In this document: positions 40,116 through 54,166 of the stretch, in pieces
How positions within the stretch are numbered: the stretch's first letter is position 1
Layout of the letters: each line of letters starts with the position of its first letter
Origin: Phoronis australis
Taxonomy: Eukaryota > Animalia > Phoronida
DNA: 64,000 nt
Assembly: GCA_002633005.1 (NCBI GenBank)
Contig: NMRA01000026.1
Span: 1,260,710-1,324,709, forward strand
Direction: 5' to 3'
The notes under the pieces: generated by a model
The model's input: the letters and a program-made list of their open reading frames with translations, nothing else
Databases searched by the model: none
Told to the model about the DNA's origin: nothing
Program-made: the position numbers and the translations under genes

Positions 40116-41540
40116 TTATTCACCACCAATATCTTCTCGTTTTTTGAAAAATCCACACGGCGACGGAGATTCCTGTATCGTGATGGTGAAATTGTTTGCC
40201 GAAACATCGGTAATTACTGTGTTGTTTCTGGCCCCATTAGAGGGGGGGACCCAATAGATTCTATTCTCGTCTTCCGTAAGTTTTTCACCCTGGAAAATCG
40301 TGTTCGTTCGAGGAATTGTTAATGAAATTGGGTCAAATCGTCTACCAGGAACCGGTGGCGACTTCGCACCAGTGTGTGTAGCGATTAATTCATTGGCATT
40401 CTCGTCGTAAACATTCATTTTCGCCGACTCGTCATCGCCAGGGGAGATTTTGGGATATTTTCTCGGTCGTCCCACTTTCCGTTTAAGCGGGCTGGTTAGC
40501 GAAGGTTTTATTTTGACATTAACGTTTGGCGCGCTCACTTTTTTCTTGGGGGGTCGGCCGCGCTTTCGCTTCACAGGACCACAGTTGCTCACTAGGCCGT
40601 ATACAAAATGCTTGCCGGTCAACGTAGAATGAATGGAGTTATGTAGGTTCAATTCAGTTATCTCGTTATCAGCTGCATGATCGAGGCCCGCTGAATTGCG
40701 TGACCCCTCCCACTCGACTGAGTTCAATTCACAAGATGTCGGCTCGTCAAGCACTTCTTTACTCTCCGATTTAAGTTCACGAATCGAAAACTCAGGCGTC
40801 ATGCACAAGCCCTGTAAAATAAATACATCTTAGAAACATCAGAGTCAATGTTCATGTGATCAAATATGACTCGTAATTCGTCATAACAAGGAAATTGGAA
40901 CAATTTGAGATGTCCCTTCCGGAAATACTGGCGAATCACTGCTACATTTTGAACCGACATTGTTTTAAAAATTCCTACTTACGTTAAACGGTCGAATTTT
41001 CGGTTTACGTCCTCTTTTCCTACACGTCTGGATGTTAAGCTTCAATCTAAAAATACCAGTGGGTTATCATAAATGAACGGGCTAGGATACTGGAGCTCAT
41101 ATTTATCAAAAACGGAATTACAAACGCGACATAATTTTCGCCATATTGAATGGCTAACATACCGTACCTGTCGTTGAAACTGTCGACTAAACGCTTATCT
41201 AGGATATTGTGTTCGGGTTCCCATGTACAGTATCTGTAAGGGAAATGGTCAAAGTATTAAGTGGTGTAAAATTCAGTAAGTGACATTCCTCTGCATAATT
41301 ACAAAAATACAGGGAAGATAACTTACTTTTCACTCCAGCCGTTCCATTTCACCAAGTATTCAACCTTCCCCTGTAAGAGAGATGCAGGCGTATTAACTCA
41401 GAATACCGCGTTCTAAATGAGTCGTACATACAACATTCTTATAACCTCTTATTTATCAAACATCCTACCTTTCGAATCCGCCTTTTTTCAAGTTTTTCGG
41501 CCGCGTATATTCGTTCTGGGTGTCTTTGAACAGAATCCAT
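40116..41540 (-). CDS. CBX: Polycomb/chromobox protein (Pc-class CBX), paralog B; 5 coding exons, about 313 aa
   Basis: Exons with GT..AG boundaries: 41469-41540 (MDSVQRHPERIYAAEKLEKRRIRK), 41327-41370 (GKVEYLVKWNGWSE), 41168-41233 (KYCTWEPEHNILDKRLVDSFND), 40983-41046 (RLKLNIQTCRKRGRKPKIRPFN), 40116-40811 (in frame with track ORF 40116..40808). Total 942 nt. Chromodomain with Y/W/W cage, AT-hooks KRKRGRPPKK and KRKVGRPRK, and Pc-box TVITDVSANNFTITIQESPSPCGFFKKR. Confidence 0.95.
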
Positions 41541-41630
41541 TTCACCGTCAATGACTGTCTACACGCACATGTACATAATATTCGGACGTCGCTCAGCCAA
41601 GCTCAATCTTGTTTCCTGATCAATAAATAC

Positions 41631-41652
41631 ATCCCATAATACAGTGACGTCA
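41631..41652 (-). promoter_or_regulatory. Proximal promoter module of CBX paralog B: ATCCCATAATA plus CRE palindrome TGACGTCA
   Basis: atcccataata at 41631 and tgacgtca at 41645-41652, 91 bp upstream of the ATG. Confidence 0.6.
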
Positions 41653-42799
41653 TCAGGCCACGTCGAGTTGCATTTGCGTTTCACTTCTGTGTTTACATAA
41701 ATGCAATGCTGCGCGGGTTATGCTTATACTTGGCCTGTAAACATACTTCAGAACGAGAAATGTTCGTTATGATCGCTGAACACGCCTACACCAGATGCCT
41801 GCGGTACAAATTTAGTTTAAGTGATTAATTATGAAAGAAGAACTGAGAGAATAAAGAGTTAGGTACGTGCTCGGCTTTTGGAATAGGAAACAAGTATGCC
41901 AGACGCCGTGCAATTCATTCGGCGACAAAAGATTTTTTTTGCCTGTCACTATGAATGAATACACGGTTATTTTACCAGATGGATGACAGAGAAATCTGTA
42001 CACATAACCTCGTTTTCACGTGATTCACTAACGTTTTTACTAATTTAAAAAAAAATAAAACTTATATCAAGCAAAACAAGATAAAAACAATTGTCAACTC
42101 TATTGTAGTTTCTTTCATACTTAGACCTAAAAATATTTTAAATCACATGGTAACAGTTATATGTTTATGAGTCGTGACACAGACACATTGCGTCGCCGCA
42201 TATCCGCATATTGCGTCTCTTCAAAAGTGTACCTTCCAATTTACATTTTGTCATCAAAGTATGGAAAACTAAAACATCATAATATAATTTTCAGTATATA
42301 GTACAGAACATGTTTTAGACTTTAAGAATAAATAATGTTTCCGTGCCATGAATCTCAATATTTTGACATTCTTTATAAACCCATTTACTGGGCTTATCTC
42401 ATTAGCTACGATGGTTCATCGCACCGCATTTACATCAAGCTATTCCTGCAATGGCAAGCTCGCAGTAACGTTTCGTCTTTGCTGAAGTATAAAATTTTGT
42501 TCTCTAGGTATTTATGTTCAAGTAATGTAGGTTCTCATCGCCCTGTGCATTAAGTCAAATATTTAAAGAACAAAAGTAATTAGCTCTGTACAAATATATG
42601 TATATATTATAAGAGTAGAAAGTCTGTAGACTTTAATTTTTAACTTTATACCAATCTGTCATTATTTAAGTTCCGTGGTCATATCTTTAAGCAACATTTA
42701 GCTCAAAAGAAAGGTACATTCATAGCAAAACAACGGTATCAATTACATGATTGAATTTCATTTGGAAAAAGATCCGATATGAAACCTCAAAAACTCTGT

Positions 42800-43050
42800 A
42801 CAGTTTTCAAAAATATCATTTCGTTTACGTTTTGAATATTTTTTATTTTTCTATGACAGCCATAAAAGTCATATTATTTGGTAATCCTCATGCAAAAGTG
42901 GAACATTTTAAAAAGCGCACAGTAAGTGTTTCGGAGAACAGTGCATAAGGCGTAATGTGTGAACGTTTCATATGAATCTGATCAGCCATTTGCATTAATG
43001 ACATATGACGTTCCGAAGTTAGCAAAATTTAAAATTTTTCTACGGTCTTA
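42800..43050 (+). repeat. Old dispersed repeat, homologous to 5020-5280
   Basis: Same colinear motifs as listed for 5020-5280. Confidence 0.55.
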
Positions 43051-46000
43051 CTTAACCATTAATCATAAAATTGGAGGCCTGTGATATTTTGAACGCCTCG
43101 CTAAGCGTCCATCTTCTTCAGCAAGAAATGTCAATTTTCAAAAGGATATTAAAACTCACAGTTTGACTATTAAAGCCGACTTAAGACTAAACAAAACATT
43201 GCTCTGTGGATCTTCGCCGTTCTTTAGCAGTTTGAAAACTTCTTACATATTGTGCTAAGTTTATAAAGCGTTACTAACGCTTTGGACGAATTAATTGACA
43301 ATTGTGGGGAGACGGCACGCGTTTCGAACCACCGAATTTATTTGTGACACAGTGAGGACGCATCAAGTTGAACATCAATGCTTCCACCTTTAGTCAAATA
43401 CAAATTACACAATAGCAAGGGACGAAAGTAAATTTTGGGTAAAATCGCCAAAACGTGGTTTCGTATTCTTTTAATAAGTTGACGTTTTCCGTTTTTTCTC
43501 TGAACCCTAGAAGTATGTAGCTTACAGCAGTCAAGTAAGATCAAAATAATTTGTTTAAGAAACGTTAGCAAGTTTGATTTCAGACAGTAGTCGAGTTTTA
43601 CCGGTAATGTATGAACTAAAGTCATTACAAACATGTAAATCTCTGCTAAAATCATTTGAGTGGTTATTACTCGTTCTGTTAGAGTGGCATTTTTGTGTCT
43701 AACTTTCGCAAATATGCCCCGCGGGAGTTATAAATAATGCAGGATTCTTGGATTCTTATTGAAGCACTGTCGTTTTCTACTGCGTTATTACGCCTTTGGT
43801 GATGTGGACTTTGGGAGTTGCATGAAACAGTTTTGCTACTCAATTAGTTTAAATTAAGCATACTTTTACAAATTGGTGCAACTGTACGGCAGATTACAAA
43901 GGTTCAACGTACCGTTAATCACCTCGTTGATAAGTTCTTTAATTTTATGTCGATTAAAGTTCAATGGTAAAAGGTCAATGACTATGACCATCAAATGCTT
44001 TGCTTGTCTGTCACCACTTTTTGACAAGTTTTGCTGCAAACCATAACCTAGTAAGATTTGGTAAATCTTTACCATTCAGTTGCTTGTTATATGAGTCAAC
44101 AGCTATAGGATACATTCTGAATGTAACAGATTAGGAGATGTACGCGCATTTAGTAGGATCGTACTATGTATTTCTCCGCAAAGAACACTGCGATAGTTTT
44201 GTTACGATACAGTGAGTAAAACGCCATGTAGTATTTCTTCACATGTTGATTAATTTCAAGACTAACTACATTTCAATTTTTCAGATAAAATATGACTTCG
44301 TGAATGCCTACCAAACAGCTTCTTATGCATAGGTTTGACTTCAATTACTACGTCACTTCTCGATTTTTGGCAAAATCTTGATATGAAATAGACATTCCCG
44401 TTCATACGCTATACCTGTAGACCTCTGCTGCAGGGGATTCAGAGTTGACGTCAAACAGTCATTTTTTAGTAATAGCACATTTAATAAGATCGTTGTCCTG
44501 TTCAGTTGACATTTTTACTCCGTTGCGATTCATGCGACCTCGTTAAAAACAGCTTTATCTGAAGCTGGTTTTCGTCTGTTACAAGTCAATGTTTTCTAAT
44601 GTATACAACACTTAACACCGCATGACTTTTGATAATAACGCACAATAATATTGGCTTGGTAGCACAGTTAATAATTTAAAATAGGTGTTTACCTATATTT
44701 GCCATGTCTTTCATATTTACAGTTGCGAATACAGGTTCCTTGGATTGTAAAGTAATTATCTAAGGGCGTGAAATCTTCTCACACTTTATGAAATAGCTTA
44801 TAACCATCTATTCTCAACACATAAAAGGATCTATGAGTAAAAAATCTGAAATCTCGATGACTTTAAAGTGTCAAACATTCATTTGTTACCACGTGATTTT
44901 GCTTTGAATGTGCATTTGTCAAAATACTAAAATGGTGGCGGCCATAGTATTTGAGTTAGTTTATCTCTGTACGTTAGGAACGTGCCTCGAACAACGGAGA
45001 CTAGACACCAGCAATCAAATGTCTGCTTACAACAATGTCTCGAGTCCTCATGTTTATGGCTGATATCTACGCTATTTATGGTTAAATGAAAAATTTCCCT
45101 TCGTCTACAGTTTTTTAAAATCGGCGAAAATCTATCCACACGCTGAATAAAATTCCATGTTAAAAATTCCTACAAGATCGAGACAGATAAGCATGGATTC
45201 ATTCACGGATGACGATAAGTCACGTCGTTGAAGTGGGTTGAAGTCGTCTCAAATAACTCGCGTATTTGGCACAGAAATAATGCCTCAAAACAACTGTCAT
45301 GGGTTATGAGATACATAAATATTGTTTTACACAATATGTGAATATCATATTTTTCGACAAAAGACATGAAGTTTAACAGTTACGTTTTTGTCTCGTTTCT
45401 TGTGTTGTCCTTTGCACGTTGTTTATGGTAATTTTTGACGTCGTGACGAGCATCGTCTTCGAAGACGGTGAAAACGGAGGGACCGGGGGAAAGTGCACTG
45501 AGGAGTGTTCAGTTATCCGCGTTTTCTGACGTAACAAGCTAGAAAATGCCATAGGGCCACTGCATTTGATTCATCGTTTCTTAAAAATGCCGAATGAGCT
45601 CGGGCGTTCAAATTATGCCTTTTTTGCATTTCTGCCCTTCTGATCATGAGTACTACCCACACACAGTGACCGTTACTGACAGCGGTTCTCAATGGCCAAT
45701 TCCAATCGCATTCGACTACGTTTATGCAAAATCACTTCCTGACCTCAACCGGACGTGTTTGCCTGCATGTACGAACGTCTGTTTATCACTACATGCAAGA
45801 CAAGATTGGTCTGAAAAAGATGAGTGAATTGGTATTTGTAACCGAGAAGATGCGGTTATTGCTTTGGGATATGTGAAATTAACATACACAGCTATTAAAA
45901 GGAATCTCTACCTACGCTATCGATTCACTTGAATATCTCGTTTTCAGTAAATTCATCGTTTTTCTTGAGCTTCTTGTCAAGTTTATTGAATGCGGACCTG

Positions 46001-49000
46001 AGCGTTCAAGCTCCTAAGCGTTGTGAGCGCTGCATGGGAGACATATTGGTCGCCATGAGTAATGAGTTGTAATTTAAGACTAACCACTGGGAGCCATTGT
46101 CTCAAGTTAAAGATTTAAGTGTTTCAGTTCTATGATGCAGGTTTATTTCATATTGGCCAGGCGCAATGATACTGAAAGAGGTGTTTTACAGGTGCACGCG
46201 CACCTACCGCATACACCAATTGTGACCAATGAACGGCATTGCTTTGTATGCTAGTTCGCCACACAGCAATTACCAAAACATTTTGGCGTTCTTTTACCTT
46301 ACAGCAGAACCTTAATTGCCCTTAAAGCAATTTTTTTATTAAACGTGCGATACGGAAACCAGAGTAATGTTAAGAGTCTACTGCGATTGCTATTCTAATT
46401 TGTTATTCTAATTTATTATTATCTTTCAAATTTGACGATTTCTCCCCAATGTAAATACGTAACCAATGGAGCCGAAACATCGAGGTAAGTTTTTGTTGGT
46501 GACTTCTATTTTTCTTATGTCTGTGTACATATTATGTCAACCGATGAAAAAAGTATTCTTCCTACGCTCAATGTATAAAATTTGACGAGGAATGGCCACC
46601 TACACGCATATTAACGCCTACCTCGAACGTGTGAATACCCTGACGTGTCAGTCGGCGTTAGACAAAATACACACTCTGTCAGATAAGGTAAATTGAATTG
46701 ATTTGTACTTATTTTATGTATTTTATTGGCATGACCGAAGCACCTGGATAAAACCATCTTTCTTGCATAAGTTACAAACGCGTCGAGGTGTCGCGAAAAT
46801 TACAAATGACTATGAACATGGATGACGGCCATGTATTTACATGTACTGTACGGCGGAACACGGGGTTGTCAATTTAATGCGTACATTATTCATTGCTTTT
46901 CAAAAGTGATAACAAGACCAAGAGCAGTAGATGCGAAATGCTGGTTTACGATATATTGTCGAAGTGAAATCTTACAACTAACGCAATGGATGATACCAGC
47001 TGGTACTTTATTGAGAGACCAAGAGCGTTCCGTTGAAATAATTTCCATGGGCGTGAAAGATGATGAATAGTAAAAAATACCAGTTTTGATATGCGCTGTT
47101 AATTTACAATAATACGGTATGGGTATCAAGCACACTACTGTGAAATAATTTCATAGGCTATTATAGATTTGTACTTTTAATCACCTTTACATGCATCATA
47201 TATTTTCCGATCTGCCCGGATCACTTTCCCAATATTTTGTAATCATACGCCCCCTCCCCTGTCCCCTACTCAGCATTTGATAGTCACTCCACTGTCAACC
47301 CCCAGAGGCGCACTCTCTTCTATAAATAAACTTCACTGATCAACAGTTCTGTATGGAAAATGAATTCAAGCAGAACTTCAGCCCCGGCTGCAACTCACTT
47401 GTGTGCTATCGCTTTGCTCGAGGCTGTCAGATACGACTAAATAAACAAACCGAACAAATAGCTGTTATTGCGCAGTCTGTTCATTTCTGATGTTGGGAAA
47501 TATTTGCGCTTTAGTGCAGTTGCGTTATTGTATTTTCTTGGGGTCGGCTCACAGGTACCGGTGACTGGCCCAGAACACCAACAACTAATCGGTGTTAATC
47601 AGTGACGATTAACAGGAACTAATAATTCATTAGAAAGGTCAAATGTAATAATTAAACGCAAGTAATAAGTTATGGTTTGACTGGAGTTTGGTTTATAGTT
47701 CCATGTGTTCATTCAGTGTAACTTACTCAACAAATGTTCATAGGGAAAACATAAGCATTTTGTGAAGAATTCAAGTTAATTCGTGTATAGACATGCTGAT
47801 TTACTCTAAAAGTAAAACATCGTAAATAGTTACATTTTCTCACCCATGCACGTTGTTGTTTTGTAAGAAATCGGATCGTCTGTGTTTCGTAAATCTCGTT
47901 CTGAAAACATGTGCTGAGTTGAAATTTGTGTTTTTTGCACATTTAAGACAAAAGTACAAAAATCGAATTACATAGATGGCATAATTGTATATCATTATAG
48001 CTTATTGTTATGTGTTTGTATAGGTTATTTTGAGAATGGTTTCCCGGATGCGTTTAATGTGACGTCAAATACTGCCAAGCCATCGGCTATTTAAACCGAG
48101 TCAGCGGAAATTACGAGTGGGATAAATCAGGGTATTTTTACTGGTAAATGTCAGAACATAAATTATTATCATTTTATCAACCGTTACCGGATGCGGCGTA
48201 ATCATGCGGCGTATTCATGCTTGCAGAAACATGCATGTTTGTGTACGAGTTGTAAGATCATTTTGACAAAAACGCAAAACTGAAAACTGGCCTTTCAGAA
48301 AGATTACAATATTATAAATACTGTAAAATTTGCATTTTTTAGTGTATACAGCTTGTTACGAAATATTTATCATACTGTATTATTTATGACCTGCAATACC
48401 AGTCTACATGTACCAGCCTTTTCACCTTATAGACTGGCTCCCCAAATGTACGTAGGCCTACCGTCTTGAAATGAAATAAATAGACTTAAAAGCAGGACAG
48501 AAAGTGGTATGTATTAATCATAATTCGACATTTATGTTAATTAAAAACGTATGCTGTAACACCGTCACATCTGGTAAATCAACTCGTACTGTACAAATCA
48601 TCTATTTCATTACCGGTACGCACTTTGAATGATGCATTCTTAGATCAAATTTCCGCCCGTATCGCCAATGACGTCACGATAAAGTGTTACGGACACGATA
48701 TGGGAGCTGAGCTGCGTGCGTTCAAAACGTAAGATATCGCCTGACATGTAAGATTTTTCGGTATACGATTTTTTCCTTTCTTCAAACATATTTGAGCGTA
48801 AACCCTTAGACCAAATTACCTTGGAATATGTATAACACGGACATATTCGCAATTTTGTAAAAGTATCACTGTTTGAACAGACTTAAAAAATGTTGGTATA
48901 TTTTCAAAATGGCTGTTTCTTTGCCGTGCGTTGGATTAACATCACTTAGTTTCACTAACGTATAGTGTTTGATTTTACTTTATTTCTGTTTCTGTTGACA

Positions 49001-49610
49001 AAGGACGTTATTACATCCGAAAATTTCAGTTGACCCATTCTTGTTGTTTTATTTACCTACTTAGTTTCACTGAAACAATTTAAGTATCGACTTGCGTATG
49101 TAATTCTAGCGCTTACGCAATATCATTGTAGTCACTAACACTCACATATTTCTGTCATTAGTCTTCCAATAGTATAAATCCTTTGACCTCGTCGGTGAGG
49201 CATAATTCTTAAACATATTTTTAATGATAAATGTTGAAAAACGTTATACACCAAGAGTCAAGATCTTGACACAGTAAGAGAATGTCAATGTTCTCTTGAA
49301 AGCATCGCATTACGTCTGGCCTTTCGCCATACTATACAATATTCTCATTGGGTTTTCCCATAGGGCAATTTCGCTATCGCACTTTGTCAAAAAATTAAAT
49401 CCGTACAGTGTAATCTAGTTGAACGCAAATAGAAGTGTTTGTACATGCGAACAAAATACATCTCCAAATGCAGCAATCACGTGGCGTGTTCTTGAACAAT
49501 GTTACGTTACACTTCTCGGACACTTTCAGCGTGACTACAGGGACGTAGGAAGCAGGGGTCAGGGCTAGCAGCGCATGCTCCTACTAATTTGGAGGTGTCA
49601 GAGTGAAATC

Positions 49611-49693
49611 GTGGCGACCGGCACAGACATCAGGACCAGGTAGTCCAAAAACAGTGGCGACCGTCACAGACATAGGGACCGGGCAGTCCAGAA
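49611..49693. repeat. Diverged 43-bp tandem duplication
   Basis: gtggcgaccg(g/t)cacagacat..ggacc.gg.agtcca at 49611 and 49654. Confidence 0.75.
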
Positions 49694-50235
49694 AAGAAAC
49701 ACAGCGAGACGTTGTAGAAAAGATCAAGAGGACATTTGCCAACTACCAATACTGAAATTACCCTTGGGCACAACGGCCAGATTTTTATTTGGTTGGGGAT
49801 AGTTTTTGCATCATAGACGGTCTAACTGCCCTTGTAAACGTGTTCTTTAGCATACTAAAAAGATGTTATCCACAGTTTTTTTTCATAGCAAACTACTGAG
49901 TTAAGATTTTTATATTCAAGGAGACATTGCATTTATCGTTTTTGGCAAGTTAGAAAGGATTCGCTCTCTTTTGCGTGCTTTTTTGGAATTGCGTATCTTT
50001 TATGTTGAGTACCTAACGCAGAGGGTCCTGGTGCCAACATCAATTTTGTTTGATTTCCACTAATAATATCTCCTTTCGTATTTAGGTACCCCGATCCTTA
50101 CAGGAGATAGCATTCGTGGTCACGCTTTTTCTGTTTTTATATACATCCTTTCTTCTGAAGGGGACGCAATGATAAATTGACTGTCTCCCGTTTTTGCGAA
50201 ATCGTGAATTTCAACCATTTATGTTAAGAAAGGTT

Positions 50236-50291
50236 ACCTGTTGGAAGGTCACCGACCTGTTAGAAGGTCACACACCTGTTGGAAGGTCACC
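50236..50291. repeat. 19-bp tandem repeat, 3 copies
   Basis: acctgtt(g/a)gaaggtcac at 50236, 50255 and 50274. Confidence 0.85.
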
Positions 50292-52059
50292 CAATGATGT
50301 AATTAAGTGCCACTCTTTTCCATTTTTAATGATACAACTTTTCAGAGGGGGTTCCCTCTTGGAGGTGTGGAAAGGGGCAATTTTCACCTTTCTCACCCCT
50401 AAAAATCTGGCACTGTCTAGGCACTGTCTACTACTCACAAGGGAAAGTATATGAAATTTCGAACTGATCGAAAACACAGAACATGTTCACATCAACACAG
50501 CATGAGCAGCAGGACGTGCGCCACAAACAACCAACAATGTGAGATTGTACTGACAAAAATAAGGATGGAAGTTTGAAGAACTTGAAGACAACTATTTTTA
50601 AATTGCACACAGACCATAATAATGTCTTCCTGCGTCTACTCAGTTCCGATGTGATGCTATTTCCTCTCATATTTCTCCAGATTTCAAAGCCCATGATGGA
50701 AATTTCTTACTTATCTACGTTACTTTTATACTCCCTGAAGAGTTGAAGAGTCATTTTAACAACACATCTTTTGGACAACATACGCCTATTAATTACATGA
50801 AAATATTTCCTGAAAAATCAGTCATGTTCTAAACACGTAACCACGTGACGTGTTCAAGTCGAAAAGTGACCATTTCTCCTGAAATTCTTTTCAAACACGG
50901 GTACCCTAGTTTCTGTGAAATTATCAACGACCAGGCAGGGGGTCGCAAGGGCTGGCGAGAGGGAGGAATTTAAAATTTGGGACTCCCACCCCCGCAATAT
51001 GTTTCATCTTCGCACGGGCCTGGCTTGCTTTAATTTTTATGACAGAATCAGAGCGCTTTAAACATGTCATTTTTGAGAACAGTTTAGTCTTTTGTAAGAT
51101 ACCACAGGATCAACGCTGAAAGTAAACATTCGAGCATGACATACATTTAAACATTTGTATTCGAAGAATCATCGATTGTTGCCAGTGTTGATTCACACGA
51201 AATATCAAGTCATTAATAACAGTTTAACATAGCATTTGATCGGCATCATGACCTAGATTTGTCATGATTAATACAATCGTTTTAATTTTATGGTCATAAA
51301 GTGCCTTGATGTTATGTGATTCACACTACTTTGTGGCTTCGTACAAACAACCCTCATTTGACGTTATCACCAGTATCACGATCATCTCCGCTAAAAACAC
51401 GTCCATCACGAACCGCAAGCTCTTCCTTGTAAAACGCGAAAACACTTCGGAGAATTTTCGAAATCCCACACAAAATAGTACGAGTTTATCATTCGAGGAA
51501 AGGCATTCGCTCCCTTCATTTTCCTGTTTTATTTTTTATCTTCATCACGTGAGGCTGTAGTTTTATAACAAAGCATTGAGAAAACAAAAATCAGCATAGT
51601 TGCCGTTATTGTTTCGTTTTTATTAAATCTCTCTCTTGGTAAAAGATAATTCTAATTTACAGAATGAGCCGGTATCGATAATGCAACACTATCGATTTTT
51701 AATCAACTTCTGAACTCAGCTCTTTAAGTCAACGTAAACCTAAGGGATGTCCGCCTCTTTGATTCTCGGTAAAACCCACTATAATACCGGAAAAGTCCTA
51801 TATACAGCGACCATTTGCATGACCCGTGTAAACTGAGCTCTCCCTCAGAGTGTCGCAAATGTTCGCTAAAAAAACTTATTCGATAATACATATATAATCA
51901 GTTTATACTCATGTGTTTGGGAATATTGCCACTCCTTCAAATGATTTTGATGAAGGAGATGCCACAGTTCTTTCAAATGGAAAGTGTCCTTATTTTGGAA
52001 ATGAATAAGACGGTTCTTTAATTGGCTCTTTTGATTTTTTTAATATCAGCAAGTGTTAA

Positions 52060-52209
52060 AGATGCCAACCATAAAATTTCTAATTCGCATTCCTGTGACT
52101 CGAGTAGGTAACGGAAATGGAATCCTGTCACATTGATGAGACCGATTTTATGAGTGAAAGGCCGATTTTCGTTTTTAGCTAGCTAAACAGGGCGAAATTC
52201 AGTTTTAAA
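52060..52209. mobile_element. Same long-TIR MITE family, right arm
   Basis: ggtaacggaaatggaatc...gagaccgattttatgagtgaaaggccgattttcgtttttagctagctaaacagggcgaaattcagttttaa. Confidence 0.65.
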
Positions 52210-52625
52210 TTTGATGAATGTTCTTAAAATGCGTGTTTGTGTGCGTGTGTATGTGTCGAATAGTGATCCATTTCTTCATACGTATGTGCGTGTGTGTGTG
52301 TGTTATTACCGGCAATAAAAAGAAACTATTGAACAGGGTGCCTTGTCAGTCATAACAAAAAAGACATTTTGCTGAAATAATCTCTAAAATAAACGACCTA
52401 AGAACTGTTATACATATAAAACAAAGTGTAGTCTGATGATAGTGTCAGAGCAATAAGGTCGGGCAATAAAAACGATGCGGACTGTGGTTTGAAAACCTAT
52501 GGCACAAGCTATGAAAACTGAAGTTCTAGAGATTACACGGTTGTTACGGTTGGGAGATCAGTACTCTTGATTTCTTTCAGGTCGCTTCTGCATTTTAGAG
52601 CTGACCTATACTGACTGAAGTCCAG

Positions 52626-52817
52626 AGGCCTGTTCCAAGAGACTGACTTATCTAAGACAAATCTTTAATTTCGAACAATTTAAAGATAAAACTTAAACTT
52701 ATCTCAAGTCTGTTTTCAAGAAAGAGATATTAAGTTTGATTTAAGTTTTGTTTAAAATTTGACTAACTTACCGGATGTGTCAAAAATGAACTTAAGTCAG
52801 TTTCCTGGAACGGGGCC
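52626..52817. mobile_element. PIF/Harbinger-like MITE, CAG target duplication
   Basis: Ends aggcctgttccaagagactgactta / taagtcagtttcctggaacggggcc, flanked by cag on both sides. Confidence 0.75.
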
Positions 52818-52911
52818 CAGTGCCCTGTTATAGATCATTCAATCCTCGTGACATGTGCAAGCAGTTGTAATGCATCAATGAAACCATGGCAACCCAGAAT
52901 TGAGCCATTTC

Positions 52912-53064
52912 CAGTGGCGGATATAGGGGGGCAAGGGGGCCATGGCCCCCCTAAAATTCTAACAGCTACCATTCGGGAGTTTGGGTGCGAATTAGTGACT
53001 AGCACATGTGCGCAACCATGCATAGGCCCTGCCCCCCCAACTCAAAATCCCGGATCCGCCCTTG
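52912..53064 (+). mobile_element. GC-rich hAT-like MITE (CAG(T/G)GGCGGAT ends), copy 1
   Basis: cagtggcggatatagggggg ... ccccccaactcaaaatcccggatccgcccttg. Homologs at 54167 and 63726. No clean 8-bp TSD seen, so the superfamily is tentative. Confidence 0.7.
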
Positions 53065-53769
53065 ATTTCTTAAACTGAAAAGCGAAGTATGAAAAAGTAT
53101 GAAAGGTTACACGATTATCTAAATGCTCACAACGGCATGGCACGACTAGATCCCCTTGCGCTATCATACCTCGCCTTCTTCAAAATTGCAGTAGTTCTCT
53201 AAAGTCTTCAAACATGACTACCTCCTGCCCTTGCACTTTACTAATTTTTCCTGCAACAGTCGTGAGAGCGGGCATTCAAACGTCATGTTTGTCTGAAGTT
53301 CTGAAAGCACTTTCGTGAAAAATTCTGCCTAAGACATTGTTGACCTTATATGAACAGCGTTTGACAGAAGGGCATTTGAAAATGACCTTCAGTTGTTATT
53401 ATGAGCTTTGTTCAATATGTTTCGGAGATTTCGGCTTGATATGAAATCTTGAAATACATTTTTGTCCACTCTGCGATCCTGATTCAGGTTTTTCGAGACG
53501 CAGCGTCCTCTGATAATGGAACCTTTGCTCACAGTATACCTGCCACCCAGCACGATGAGAAACGAACAGTTGAGCGTATGAATCGTACCTTAATGCATAG
53601 TGTCTGCATTTGAAAGCAATTCAGAAACTTTAACATCAATATTTTTTCATGCAGGATATACTGGTGCCTACTGAATATAATCCCGTAATTCAACATTCCA
53701 GGCTTGCTGAGCAATCGTAGTCAATTGGCTAGTGCGTGAGTAACTCCCTGAGCACGCTGAAGTGACAAT

Positions 53770-53900
53770 ATCGGCGAAATCAGTGTCAGCGCGGAATCGC
53801 ACCTGCACCTCCCGCGGCCGGTCACAGTCCAAAGCTTTGCCGGTGGACCTAACTCGCCCCGACAAATTCCAGAGCCTTAAGACGGTATTTACGGGCAAAG
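53770..53900 (-). mobile_element. tRNA-derived SINE-like head
   Basis: Minus strand ggggcgagttaggtccaccgg...tgcaGGTGCGATTCCgcgctg. Resembles the 28490 and 7707 copies. Confidence 0.4.
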
Positions 53901-54166
53901 CCAACCGCTTTTATTACAATGAATAGCTGGATGACAAAAGAAAATTGGCGATTAGTATTAAAATCACCAAAACACAACAACAGATTTTGTTGTTTCATAG
54001 CTATGGCCAAATGTAATAATTTTCAAGAAGTTCATCCAAACAATAATCCCATAAAAATGCATTTTTTCTGTCGTATAACCATCAGCAATGTCCTTTTAAG
54101 TACATGTGGATTTTTGCCTCTCAGTAAATAATTTCTCTTATAAAATAATCGACGCTCAACCGAATG

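Noticed and set aside
52236-52302. (GT)n-like tract
   Set aside because: Short, impure microsatellite of no particular significance.
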